64,000 nt of DNA from Utricularia gibba (Eukaryota; Plantae; Magnoliophyta), in contig CM007990.1 in assembly GCA_002189035.1 (NCBI GenBank), positions 3,658,001 through 3,722,000 on the forward strand, in the 5' to 3' direction. This document shows positions 52,540 through 64,000 of this stretch, in pieces. The translations under genes were made by a program, and so were the position numbers. The notes below the pieces were generated by a model. It searched no databases and was not told the DNA's origin. It saw only the letters and a list, made by a program, of their open reading frames with translations. Every line of letters begins with the position of its first letter. Position 1 is the stretch's first letter.

Positions 52540-54600
52540 GAAACACCTAGACTGTGTAGCAATGCTTTCAATAGATGCAACAAGCAATGCTCGGCCTTCA
52601 TAATGTGCTGTTGTAAAAGCCGATAGTTGTAGGTGCACGTGCACTTGAAGGAAGGTTCAAGTACTTCCATGTAACCTAATGTTTTAAAATTGATTTTGCT
52701 ATTGTTGTTGATATCATTTTACGTGTACACAACATTGTGTAGGTGCCTTAGATGGTACACACATATGGGTATACGAGTAATGGCACACAATACAACAAGA
52801 TATAGAAATCAAAATGGTTTTATTTCAATAAATATGTTGGGTGTGTTTGATGAAAACATGAAGTTTATATACATGCTTGTTGGTTGGGAGGAATCTATGG
52901 CTAATAGCCACGTTGTTAAATGATGCATTGTCAATGAAAGACGGATTTCACGTACATCCAGGTACAACTACGCTTACAGCATGTACCTATGTCTATGAAG
53001 ATTTGAATTAGACCTTTTCTAACACAGGAATGTACTATTTGTGCGATAATGAATACGCTAATAAGGAAGGATTCTTGATGCCATACCGAGGGTGCACTAT
53101 CATTTGAAGGATTGGGAATAAGGAAATCAGACTCCACAAAATACAAAAGAGTTATTCAACATGCGACATGCATATGAAAGGAACGTGATTGAACGAGTAT
53201 AGGAATTAATGAAGATGTGATGGGGTACAGTACAGACTACTAGCTACTATTTGGTATGCACGCAGAATTGGATCATATTAGCATGCAGCCTACTACACAA
53301 CCTCTTTAGGAAGTAAATGATTGTCGATGCCTTGGAGGATGAGGTGCTGTAGGATTACAGTATTGATAGTAATGAAAACACTAATGTGGAGGACGTGACA
53401 AGTACAATTGGCTTGAGTGATGAATGGAGTGGCTCGTAGGATGAGTAGGCTGATGGTATGTATCATGAGTGGGTTAAACATTGCAGATTCATAAGGCAGT
53501 GATTGCATGTTGTTTGCTTAGTGTCCAAACTGCTTACGCTATATTGCATCTTTCATGTTTTAGACAATCCATTAGTGTAAGATAGTTGATTCTCAATTTA
53601 ATATGGGGAGTTCGTTGTTATGGCATTGTACATATTTCGAGTGTGTTGCATGTATTTACTATCTATGCAACATGTGCTAGTCACGTGGTGGTATGTGTAG
53701 CTATGGTGATTGGAGCTAATGAAGCATAATGACTTGTGATGGACATATCCGGTGCTGTGTTTTTGGGGAGATGTGAGGGTGACTTACGCAAGTTCATATG
53801 AAAGCACCAGAATTCATAGCATGTGGTGCTTTAACGTGAAGGAGGTGTGAAGTACACACGCACCTAGTGGCACAATGCTCATATCATGCCCCACCCTGCT
53901 TTTGGTGCGGAGTGATGTGTGAAACACCGCACCTATGTGATCATTCGTATATGCTGCTCCATTGTCTATTAATTGTAGTTACAATTAATAACCATGGTGG
54001 TTTTTTAACTGCGACAATATTTAACTCTCTTTCAGCATGCTTTAATGATACCCAATACGCTATCTTTCCCTAGGCATTCCATTTATTGTACTTGTACATC
54101 TACTCTCCCAACAATAAAGACTCCGAAAACACTGTATTACGAAAACATTCCACACCTCTCACGTTGTGCTCTCATCATCCGTCACCCGGAAGAGTACATT
54201 GTAACTTGAGGTTAGCACTTGCTTTCCTTACAATCGACATCTGAACTTGTTGTCTTTTGTTGTTTTTGAGATATTGACGCGTGAAAAAATATGTGCATGA
54301 TTCACGATCCCAAAGGCATTTCACATGTAAGACAAATTACCAAACTTCAGACTTTGAACTACCAAAGAGGCTTTGCGATGAGCACCGAGCACTTTCAGTG
54401 TGGGTTGCGTCTGTCTTTGCTTTCATTCATGACGTAGATCCTTGCAGCATTACAAATCCATTTCTCGCACTTAACTCTATGATCTGTTGCACAGATACTG
54501 TCATTTATTTAGATATGTGAAGAGAAGAGCGTATCACTAGAGTTGCACGTCTTCTTTGCGTTGTCTGTGTGTGCAATGCAAGGGAAGTCCTCACTGTTTG
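52540..54600. mobile_element. PIF/Harbinger relic 3: DDE transposase (+, ~52540-53460) convergent with a Myb-like ORF1 remnant (-, ~54600-53700)
   Basis: + strand GALDGTHI, RYRNQNGFISINMLGVFDENMKF, YYLCDNEY, FNMRH..RNVIER, ACSLLHN, with an intron before the YYL motif. Minus strand EVWNVFV and ECLGKDSVLG (cf. EIFGKDRATG). Heavily mutated. Confidence 0.8.
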
Positions 54601-54994
54601 CTATGTGGTAAACAGAGTGTCATACTAATAATTAATCTTAGTAGTTCATATGATAATTGGTGGACTAGTTTTGTTTAGGTGTGTCCACCGAGTACATCAA
54701 CTTGGCCCATTGTTCTTAGGCACTCGAAACACATCGAGGATCCCTCCAATAAGTACTTGTTGCACATGTTTTTTGAGTATAAGTGTGAAATCGCATGTTC
54801 GATTGTTTTTCTATATTAACGTAAGTTTGGAAGGTCTTGCCACAACATGCAATCAAGAAATTTGTGGCCTTTTTCTCCTCCAAAAAAAAAATCTTTGAAT
54901 GCCATACTACCACCTTTCTAAATACACAACAAACCCAACATCTATGCTGTGGAACGTCTTGTTTCAGCCAACAACATGTGCCTGAGGATGCCAC

Positions 54995-55175
54995 TAGAGG
55001 TGGGTTCAGTTCGAACCGGAACCGTAGTTTGAACCAAAACCGTCGGTTTCGGTTCCGATTCGGTTCCAGGAGATGGATGTCCTAGAAATGTGGTTTTGGA
55101 ACCGGAACCGAAGATTCGCTGGAACCGTTCAGTTCTGAACCAAAAACGTATGGTTCGGAACTGAACCCACCTCTA
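54995..55175. mobile_element. hAT-derived MITE (181 bp), perfect 18-bp TIR, 8-bp TSD
   Basis: TAGAGGTGGGTTCAGTTC ... GAACTGAACCCACCTCTA, with GATGCCAC at 54987-54994 and 55176-55183, and internal (G)AACCG/CGGTT repeats. Confidence 0.95.
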
Positions 55176-55341
55176 GATGCCACTGTAGATAGCGTCACTA
55201 ACAATGAAGTTGGCATGATGCACACTGACAAGCCGTCCAACCGATCGTGGCATGTGTCCATGTTAGATGAGCACAATGGAGGACCCATTCTAGTGAAGTA
55301 TATGGAACATGAGAATTGGATGGAAGAGAACTTAGAACTGT

Positions 55342-57632
55342 GGGTGCGTTTGTAATGGTATGAGTGTAGGTGGGTGTATGATAGACCATTTGCCGATGAC
55401 ACACACCCAAGAAAGTTACTAATATTTAACATCAATGGGAACATTGTGTACATGAGGGATGTCAAATGAGGGGCTCCAAGACCGAACATCGTCATCTACA
55501 ACAAAAACGGTACCACACCTTACACATTGTTTGACATTTTATAGTGCTTCCCCAACACGGGTTTCAATATTATTTAATGTTTAAAATAGATGTCATATTG
55601 CAGTGTATTTCTGACCCGAGGCAAGATAACTTATGTAGTTTTGCATGGAGCACTATAACATTGCCATCTGGTCTTCTAGAGATAGGTAAGCGTGTTTCGC
55701 ATAATTAATATCGTCACTACGTATGATAGTGTTGATAACTATAGGGCATCATCATTTGGCTACAAGGATCACATGATGCAGCCGAACTTGTGTTCCAATG
55801 GGATAGGTCCAAGACGTACGACACTCGGTATCTTATTCACGACAAAAAAACAATACTATGAAACTGAAGATGCTAAGTCAAGTTTAAGGCAAATATCATT
55901 GATTGAATACTTTGTTCATTAATGACATACCGTACAAGTTGCTTGCCAACCCAATCAATATACATGCCCAAACTCACAAAATCTACTACATAATTGTTTG
56001 ATATTAACGTTCATATGCAGACCGAAAACAACATATTCCCCACATCCTACAAACACACCTCAACGAACAAGTGCTCCTTGTTGCCAGGGGTAAGATTAGG
56101 ACCTTCCTAGGGATATTGATCGATGCCATGGACATTCCAATATTTTTCGATCAACGCAGTTTTCAAAAAAATTGTAGGATGATGAAGCACACATCACCCG
56201 CTAAGAAGTTGGGAATTGATTAAACAACCCAAAAGTACACACAAACATTGTTGTCCACAAACAACAAAGTACACAAATCTAATGCTTCAAGGATTGGTAC
56301 AGAAAACGAGACTACATACAATTAGCTCCTTCTCATAATTAGTTAATGCAACAAAGTAATCCAGCTTTACTAGGTTCGAGGTGATCATTTCTGCAATGTT
56401 GAAGCATTGGAAGGTGGATAGTGGTAGGGGCATACCTCTCATAAACTCTACACCCATCCTCTGCTTCTCAACCAAGTTATGAGCTTGTTGTATCAGCTCT
56501 GCACAGGTTTTCACATTTAGCACCTTTATTTGGTGTAGAAACATCATGTGTCCATCAAGAGACCGTACATTTCTTGCAAGCTACCCACCCTCGTCAATGC
56601 TGTTGTTGGACTCAAAGTCATGCCTATCTAGTGTAACACAAACACCCTCTACACTATCAGGGAATGGGTCATTAGATGTGTCCATATAAGACAAATTAGT
56701 ATCATATCACATAAGTTCCAGATCGAGTGGATATTCTGATTGCATCGAAGATGTGTCCACATGCTCGGCCACATCTTCTGTGAATTTTTTCTTTCTAGTT
56801 GCACCTATGAAATTGATAGAATTATCCCCATTAGCCCGGTCATTCCCGAAGATCTCCCTCTAGTGTGTATAATACGGCTAGGACTTATGACTAATCACAC
56901 ACAACTTCGGAACATATTGCAGCAACCACACGATTGATACACGAATATAAATACTTTAAACACAAGAAAGGTGCACACTTGTTAAATCTCCTTACTGACA
57001 TCATTAGTGGCGTCCACCGTGTTGGTTGCTTCATTGAAATCAATGCCCGACCTAGTTAAGAAATCAACAAGCAAGTAGTATTCTCGTTTCCAAGTATGTA
57101 ACTTACTCAAGATATGTGAAACTGCGGATTTCGGTTTAAGGAAAAAGGTTCACAAACATTGAATGGATCACTTGGTGGTACACACCTTTAAAATCATTTT
57201 CGATCTTTCATCCATCTTTGACAATCTACTTCAGAGCACGGATGAGATACTTTTCCTCATCATGCTTCCAAGTTCGCTTGATTTTCTTACCAGAATCTAC
57301 ACGTGGGCTCACCATATCCATGAATGGAGAAAATAGGGAAGGAACAAGGGAGAAAAGGGGGATGAGATTGTTTATTTTCGGAGATAAAGGTGCTGGTCGG
57401 TGGGAATATGAGGAGAAGGAGGAGGGAAACCAAATTATTTTGCAAATTACATTTTTAATGAAGTAGGGTATATTAGTCATTTTATATCTATGAAAATGAC
57501 TTATATCCACTAACCAAATAATGTATACCTACTAACCAAATAAGAATGACCTCCTAATGCAACGAAACATGTTTATATAAACTCAAATAAACTAAACTTA
57601 TGTTAAATCTCTACCCGCATACCAAATGCACC
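55342..57632 (-). mobile_element. Harbinger-derived element carrying only ORF1 (Myb/SANT-like, ~57330-56290)
   Basis: KRTWKHDEEKYLIRALK, SGIDFN, PYY..REIFGNDRANG and an ORF1-type C-terminus (ORF 56287..56547). Candidate PIF-type termini GGGTGCGTTTG (55342) and CCAAATGCACC (57632). TSD does not match, so the left boundary is tentative. Confidence 0.6.
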
Positions 57633-57784
57633 ATTGGGGCATTGTTACATTTATGTGTGAACTTCAGGGAGGAAGTTGTGCCACAGTAAACTTTTGGAAC
57701 ATTTTAGCTCATGTGTAAATAGTTGGGGGCATTTCTACAGATTTCTCTATTGTTTTGTATGTGAATTCCTTTATGAATCCCTAT

Positions 57785-58354
57785 GGGTGTATTTGATTAA
57801 TGATATCAAGTGGAATATATTGTTAAGTATATTAAAATCTTGCATTTGATAAATGAGATGAAATTTATCTAGAATTAGTATTAAAATTTGAAATTCTTAT
57901 TTTTTAAAATTAAACATCTCCTTTTAAGAAATAGATTTACTTATCCTAGATTTGATTTGGTGTTTTAGCACTAGCTCCTTTCCCCTTCTTCAAGTATCTC
58001 TATGATTCTTTGATTGAGTTTCTTCTGGAAAAAACAGAGAATTGTAATATATTGAAGACATTTTGACTCTTCAACCTAGAGTTTCTATCCAAAATTGGGG
58101 AGAAAGTGTTGGAAACAGCAAAGTGAGGTGGGGAGATAAAAAAGAACCATAACGTAGGGTTTTTTTGTTTAGTTTAAACTACAATATAGTTATAATTATA
58201 TTTTTCAAAAATAAAACATTCAAAATATATTTAATATCCTACTTATAATTTATTAACCAAACATATCTCATCCTATTCACAAATCCCTATCCCATTTACA
58301 TATTCCTTTTAAAACATTTCTTAGTATATTTAAATCCCATAACTAAACGCACCC
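57785..58354. mobile_element. Tourist-like MITE (570 bp) with 3-bp TSD
   Basis: GGGTGTATTTGATT ... AACTAAACGCACCC, with TAT on both sides (57782-57784, 58355-58357). Confidence 0.75.
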
Positions 58355-58967
58355 TATAAGATTCTCTTAAATTTTAGCAATCCTAAATCTTCACCGAGGT
58401 AACATAAGTTTGAGTGTTGCTCATTTCAAAAGGTAAAGAAACCCACAAGAAGAAGCCGTCACCTTCCTTTCTGAGGGACGACCAAACTGCATTGTTTTGT
58501 GAAGTAGGATAATGCAACTCCCGCAGATGAATCTGTGAAAATGAACAACCAAGTAAGTTATCAAGAAACGCCAGGCGGCTGCCAATTATCCCACATACAA
58601 TTGGTTTGTGTATATACACATTATTTAAAAAGTCAGAAAAAAAAAAAGTAAACAATTGATGATGGATGCATTATTTCACATCCTTTTCACATTGTCCAAA
58701 CATCATTACGTTTCAATCTTGAATGTTCTTGGAGAAAAAAAAAATTCAATTCTTCTTTGTCTGGATGGCGATTTGTGAGTCTCGATCAAGCAAGCACCCC
58801 GCGGTTTGTGGTGCCTCTTCCACCGACAACTGAGGAAAATTGGTGTTGTGACACCAGAGGGCCCGCTCTTGTTTAATGAATGGATGATTAATGGCAACAT
58901 GTCACATAAATAAAACATCATACATACATTTGATGCTGCCCACTTAGGCATTAATGCTCCAAGACAA

Positions 58968-59429
58968 TGTATTAAGATATGGACGCACTTGAGTTGCTTC
59001 ATTTAATACCCATCTGTTACAACACTCAACGCCCATGGTTTGAGATGGTATGGGAATGACATGCCATCTGACTCAACCGTGTCACGACAATGTACAAATT
59101 ATAGTGGGGAAGAGTAGGTCTCATAAATCTTAGTCTCCCGATTGAATGAAATACGAACATTCGGTTGAATGATTGGAACTTGGCACTTAAAGGGGGCCAA
59201 TTTACATCACGGACAGTTCTAAATCTTATAATAAAACGGAGGTTGATCACACACCATGAATAATGGGCAATTTTACAATACATGCCATACTAACCACTGA
59301 ATTGTTTAATGTATTAAAATAAGGACGCACTTGAGTTTCTTCATTTAATACGCGTCTGTTACAACACTCAACGCCCCTGGTTTGAGATGGGATGGGAAGG
59401 GAATGACATGCCATCTGACTCAACCGTGT
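58968..59429. repeat. Two ~115-120-bp direct repeats around a ~230-bp spacer (TRIM-like architecture)
   Basis: tgtattaa..ggacgcacttgagtt..tgttacaacactcaacgccc..tgacatgccatctgactcaaccgtgt at 58968-59082 and 59310-59429. No clear PBS or PPT. Confidence 0.7.
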
Positions 59430-61483
59430 AGTGACTAGAAGACACCTTTCACAGCGCTGGAAATTTTGATCCAACAAGTTATTTACCTTGTGGTTTTAAC
59501 GGTTTCCGTTTCTAAGAAGAACCAGGGGTTGAACATGTGATCTCCTATCCTTCATCTTTCTGAAAACGCCTTGTAAAAATAATTTGTGATCCTACTCTTC
59601 ATTTTTTCTGAAAACGCGTTGTAAAAATAATTTTATTATCAAATACGTATGATTTTTATTTTAAAACAAAGATAAATTCAAAAATATTTCATATTTTTAT
59701 GATATTGTAAATCTTTATGAAAGTATTTATACAAATATCTTTTTCTTTTTCTTTTCTGTCTTCTTTGCCTACTTTCTTGTGAAGAAATTTGTGGGGTTTT
59801 GTTGCATAGGTTGTGAGTCTTCCCACTAAAAAGGAGAAGAAGAATCACTAGAAATCCAGATAGTAATCATATGTTTCTTCCTCAAATTGGTCTTCTTCTT
59901 TCACTCACCCAATTCAACAAATTTTTTTTTGGGTTCCTCAGCAACAAGGCACAAAATGATGAGGGCTATTTAGAAATATTAGTTTTTTAAAAATTAAATA
60001 TCCTAAATTGTTTAAAGAAGTGAATTGATTAAGTGGGAAGAGAGAATTGTTGTATTACTTACAAAAATTATATTTATTATACTTTTTAACTGACATTTTT
60101 TTTATTTTATTGAAATGGATGGATTTCTCAAGATAATACTTTCTATTTATATAATTAACTTTTGTTGGGCATCCTCCTCACAACTAGCTATTACCGCAAA
60201 TCTTCTCTCCCTGATGTAAGACTTACTACTGCTTCTGCCTCCTCTATTAATAATTAAGAATATGTAAGTTAAAAAAATAAAAGTGGATATTTTCTATAAC
60301 TCTAGTGTGGGTAGATATTTGTGAATGAATAAATGTATAATATATAGAATTCATAATGGGACCTTGGCGTTAAACGTCCCCACTATTTATTCAAGTATTA
60401 TGTTTAATCCCTATTAATATGATTAACTTATATTTTTAATGTATCGAATATATTTAATCATTAAATTTTGATGTAGAAAAAAATTAATTGAGAAAAATAT
60501 CCCTTGCTACTTAAATAAATAAGAAAAAAACAGAGAATATGTATTTTTCAAACTCGTCATTCATGGTGTGTACAATATCAGACAAAATATTGTACAATGG
60601 TTACAGTTATAGTAAATAGCATCTACTCACCCTCGGTCTTCAAACTCATCCTAGCTGCAACTAGAGTTGTGACCGGTTCGGTTCGAAATCGAACGATTTT
60701 TTCAAATCATTGATTTGGTATAAACTTCAGTTGCAATTTCAATTTGAAATCATATTTTTAAATCTTGAGCCATACTGCAAACAAGGAGTCCAAAATATCA
60801 AATTTATGAATCCATGGGTCTAAATCTGAACAAACACATTTCAATCAAGCCGGCAGTAAGAACTGTGGATCGGGAAACCGGGATGGGACCCACGGAGTCA
60901 TGATGATTTGGAAAATAAATGCATTAAATATAGTGAGCCCCACTGGGCTTCATGATCTCATTTCATCCGTCTTATAAATATTTTGGCATCGAACACCGAT
61001 CAACTGCACTCCTTAATTTGCTTGTCTCTGAATTAAGACCCCATTTGTATTTAATGGAACGGCTGCTGGCGTTGCTTTCTTTCCATAATTAATCAATCAT
61101 TTGTGCTTAATAAGTCAGCAATTAATATATTTGTGACATGGGCGGAGCCAATCGGTGTTGAATGATATCATCACAAAAATTGTACTGTAGATTACTAATG
61201 TTTTTAGAGATGAAAAATCGTGATTAAAAAATGGGAAAAAAAAATCTCTATTAAATTATTTGAAATATTTTTTTTTATAAGAAATCTATAGTGTTTTGTC
61301 GGTATATAGTTTTAACTAAAATAAATTAAATCAGTTCAAAATGATAGTGTTTGAATGATTGCATCGAGGAGTGCCCAACAGCAAGAGCTGGCAATGATAT
61401 GATATGATAAATTTGTTTTTCGCTACTCCACAGTGGAAAGCTGCGAGGATCACTGTTGCTTTCTGATTGCTTCTTCTTCTCAA

Positions 61484-62912
61484 ATGGCCCAAGGCCCTTC
61501 CCAGGAGGACTCCCGCAGATCTCTGTCTGTGGATTACCTCGATCTGCTCATCAACGGCCAAGCGTTCTCCGATGTCACCTTCAGTTTAGAGGGTCGTTTC
61601 ATCTACGCGCACCGCTGCATCCTGGCGGCGCGTAGCCATTTTTTCCGCAAGTTTTTGTGCTCCCCGGATGCGCCTGCTGCCGGTGCGGTGATTCCGGTCA
61701 GCTACGTCAGATACGAGGCTTTCTTGTTGCTGCTTCAGTTTTTGTACTCTGGAGAGGTTCATACGGAGCTACTTCCAAGCTTCGGTGGGCATGATCATGT
61801 CTCCTCGGCCGTCGATCTCACTGTTGACACACTGGTTGCCGCTAGATCTTTTGGGGTTGACGAGCTTGCCTTCATCACCCAGGTTTTGCATTGATAATCC
61901 CAAATTTAATTAATCATTTTGTGATACTTCAAGCAAATCCTCCATCGTGTTCGATTAAGCTTCTTCAATTCATGAAATTTTTTAATAGAATTTGTGTCTT
62001 TTGGTTGATAAAGAGGCAACTTGCGGGCATGGTGGAAAAGGCTTCAGTGGAAGATGTGATCAAAGTTCTGCTAGCTTCAAGGAAACACGAGATGCAGCAA
62101 CTATGGATAACATGCTTCAATCTGGTAGCAAACTCCGGACTCCCATCAAATGAACTAGCAAAACATCTGCCTATCGAAGTCGTGTCGGAGATCAAAGACC
62201 TCCGTCTCAAATCGACTATCTCCGCCGCCCGGCGAGAGCTCCTCTACCTAGACAGCGCAGATGTCCAAGCACAGAAGGTTCGGCGGATGAGACGGGCCCT
62301 GAATTCATCGGATGTTGAGCTTGTTAAACTCATGGTAATGTCGTATTCTACAGCATTTGGAGGTAGGCTTAAGGACCATATTCATCTCTTGTGGGATTGC
62401 AGGTGATCGGGGAAGGGCTCAATCTCGATGAGGCGGCGGCGCTGCATTACGCCGTCGAGTATTGCAGCAGAGAAGTAGTAAAATCTCTACTCGAACTGGG
62501 CTTCGCCGATGTGAACTTCCCACTGGTGCTGACCGGGAAAACGCCACTTCACATCGCTGCCGAGATTGTCTCGCCGGACATGGTGGCGGTGCTTCTCGAC
62601 CACCACGCCGACCCCACTGTGAAATCCGTCGACGGTGCAACGCCGTTGGATATATTACAGAATTTGACTTCCGATATGATGTTCAAACTTCCCTCGCCCC
62701 GGGTGCCGCATGCTATGCCGAATAAGTTGCGGCTTTGTCTCGAGCTTGTGCAGTCGGCGACCATGGTGATCTCTAGAGAGCAAGGGAAGGGCAATGTGTA
62801 CGGCGCAATGGGAGCAACGGCTCCGGCCACCACCGGCTCTACAATATTTTACCTGAATCTCAAAGGCCAAAATGGGAAGGGGGAACAAGAGATCAATGCC
62901 AACAGTAAATGA
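61484..62912 (+). CDS. BOP: BLADE-ON-PETIOLE-like BTB/POZ-ankyrin protein (NPR family), divergent; join(61484..61882,62014..62334,62403..62912), 409 aa
   Basis: LLINGQAFSDVTFS, HRCILAARS, LLLQFLYSG, TQ|RQLAGMVEKAS (conserved BOP intron position), RRMRRALNSSDVELVKLM, ALHYAVEYCSREVVK, GKTPLHIAAE, PNKLRLCLELVQSA. All three exons are open and phase-0 compatible. Confidence 0.88.
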
Positions 62913-63644
62913 AATGGGACAAGAGATGAACGTTTTTCTCCTACTTATGTCATTCATTAATACTTTAATTAAGAATTTCATATACATAAATAATGCATCT
63001 TGAAATATGAAATAGAAATAAAAAAAAAAAGCTTTATATGGAAAAGTTTTGAAATATATTTTTACTTTTTTATAAATAAAATATTTTATGTGTATAATAC
63101 AACTTATTATTATTTTGTTATACAAGAATTGATTTTATAGTCAATAAACGTTAAAGATAAAATTAAATTATTCATGATTTTTTAATTATATTTTCTATTT
63201 TTCTCTCAAAATGAAGATTATGTTTAATCTTAATACAAACACGAGATAACTTTGAAGTAAAATACTTATTTGTCTCATAGAATAATTTTATTGATGGAGA
63301 AGATGCATTAAGAATAGTTTTTTTATTATAATCAAATTTTGTAAATAAAAATATTCCATCTTATCGTATTTTTAATATTTATTTGTAAAATTTGTTTTAT
63401 TTCTGTGATTACTATAAAAATAATATTAAAAATCTTATTTATATATAAAAAAAAGTTCCAAAACAATGCATTACATTTTATTATTCTTTTAAGTAGATTT
63501 TGAATAAAGTTTAAATGAAGAAAATAAAAAGTTTAATTCAATTTCTAATCAAGTAAACGACAAATAAATTTTGTTATTGATGTAAATATATATAAATTTA
63601 ATATATCTGACACTAAAAAATAAAGGGAGCTATTTTCAATTTTC

Positions 63645-63929
63645 ATGAATCCTATTAAATGCGATGTAAGAGATGTGAACAGTAGTTTTGGCGTCATGGT
63701 GAGCTCGTGTTCTCTTCTTGTGTCTGAGCCAAGTATCGAAATTCAACATGGGATCATAACAATGTTAACTGCTAAACGAGAAGGTTGTACTTATTGCAGT
63801 CAGACCAATAACATTTCTGAGAATTGTAAGAGTAAAAATGCACCTATATGTGTGTTAATTACTCTCAGTCATTCCACAAATCAAAGACATGTTGGTCAGA
63901 AAGAGTATATTCAGCCAAATAATAATTGA
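63645..63929 (+). mobile_element. Possible Ty1/copia gag remnant
   Basis: CTYCSQTNNISENC resembles a decayed CX2CX4HX4C zinc knuckle. No other support inside the window. Confidence 0.25.
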
Positions 63930-64000
63930 GGAGAGTACTTGGACAAGCATAAAATGAGTAATAGTGACCTACATTGACATCTTTGGATGAATCCCAGGTC

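Noticed and set aside
58400-58560. Exon-like minus-strand fragment (DSSAGVALSYFTKQCSLVVPQKG)
   Set aside because: Isolated, short and not recognisable; no partner exons found.
60661-60700. hAT-like terminus (TAGAG..CCGGTTCGGTTCG) in the BOP upstream region
   Set aside because: No partner TIR or TSD; too short to support.
61965-63125. Overlapping ORFs around the BOP-like gene
   Set aside because: Alternative-frame or antisense shadows; 62655..63125 starts in AT-rich 3' flank with biased composition.

Overview
AT-rich plant (angiosperm) nuclear DNA. It holds six well-supported protein-coding genes among heavily nested transposon remains. The genes are: a group-O UDP-glycosyltransferase (UGT93/zeatin O-glucosyltransferase-like, 6854-8322 +); a small acidic protein of unknown function with an internally duplicated 47-aa motif (16142-16824 +); mitochondrial-type RECA3 (minus strand, ~19260-17020); PAP16-like metallophosphoesterase (minus strand, 21745-19903, with a GC-AG intron); a CML35/36-type calmodulin-like protein (38899-39504 +); and a divergent BLADE-ON-PETIOLE-like BTB-ankyrin gene (61484-62912 +). 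The rest is mostly TE-derived: several PIF/Harbinger relics, Tourist and hAT MITEs with intact TSDs, a MULE-type foldback with a 10-bp TSD, nested Athila copies, solo-LTR-like segments and a degraded LINE. The most unusual signals are (i) short GT-AG introns (71 and 68 bp) at positions where the UGT93 and BOP families are normally uninterrupted, suggesting recent intron gain, (ii) a BOP paralog that has lost the BTB zinc-finger motif, and (iii) the duplicated-motif acidic protein. No rRNA, tRNA or CRISPR feature was recognised. Exon models were derived by hand from splice consensus, reading-frame phase and remembered family sequences; no searches or expression data were used.
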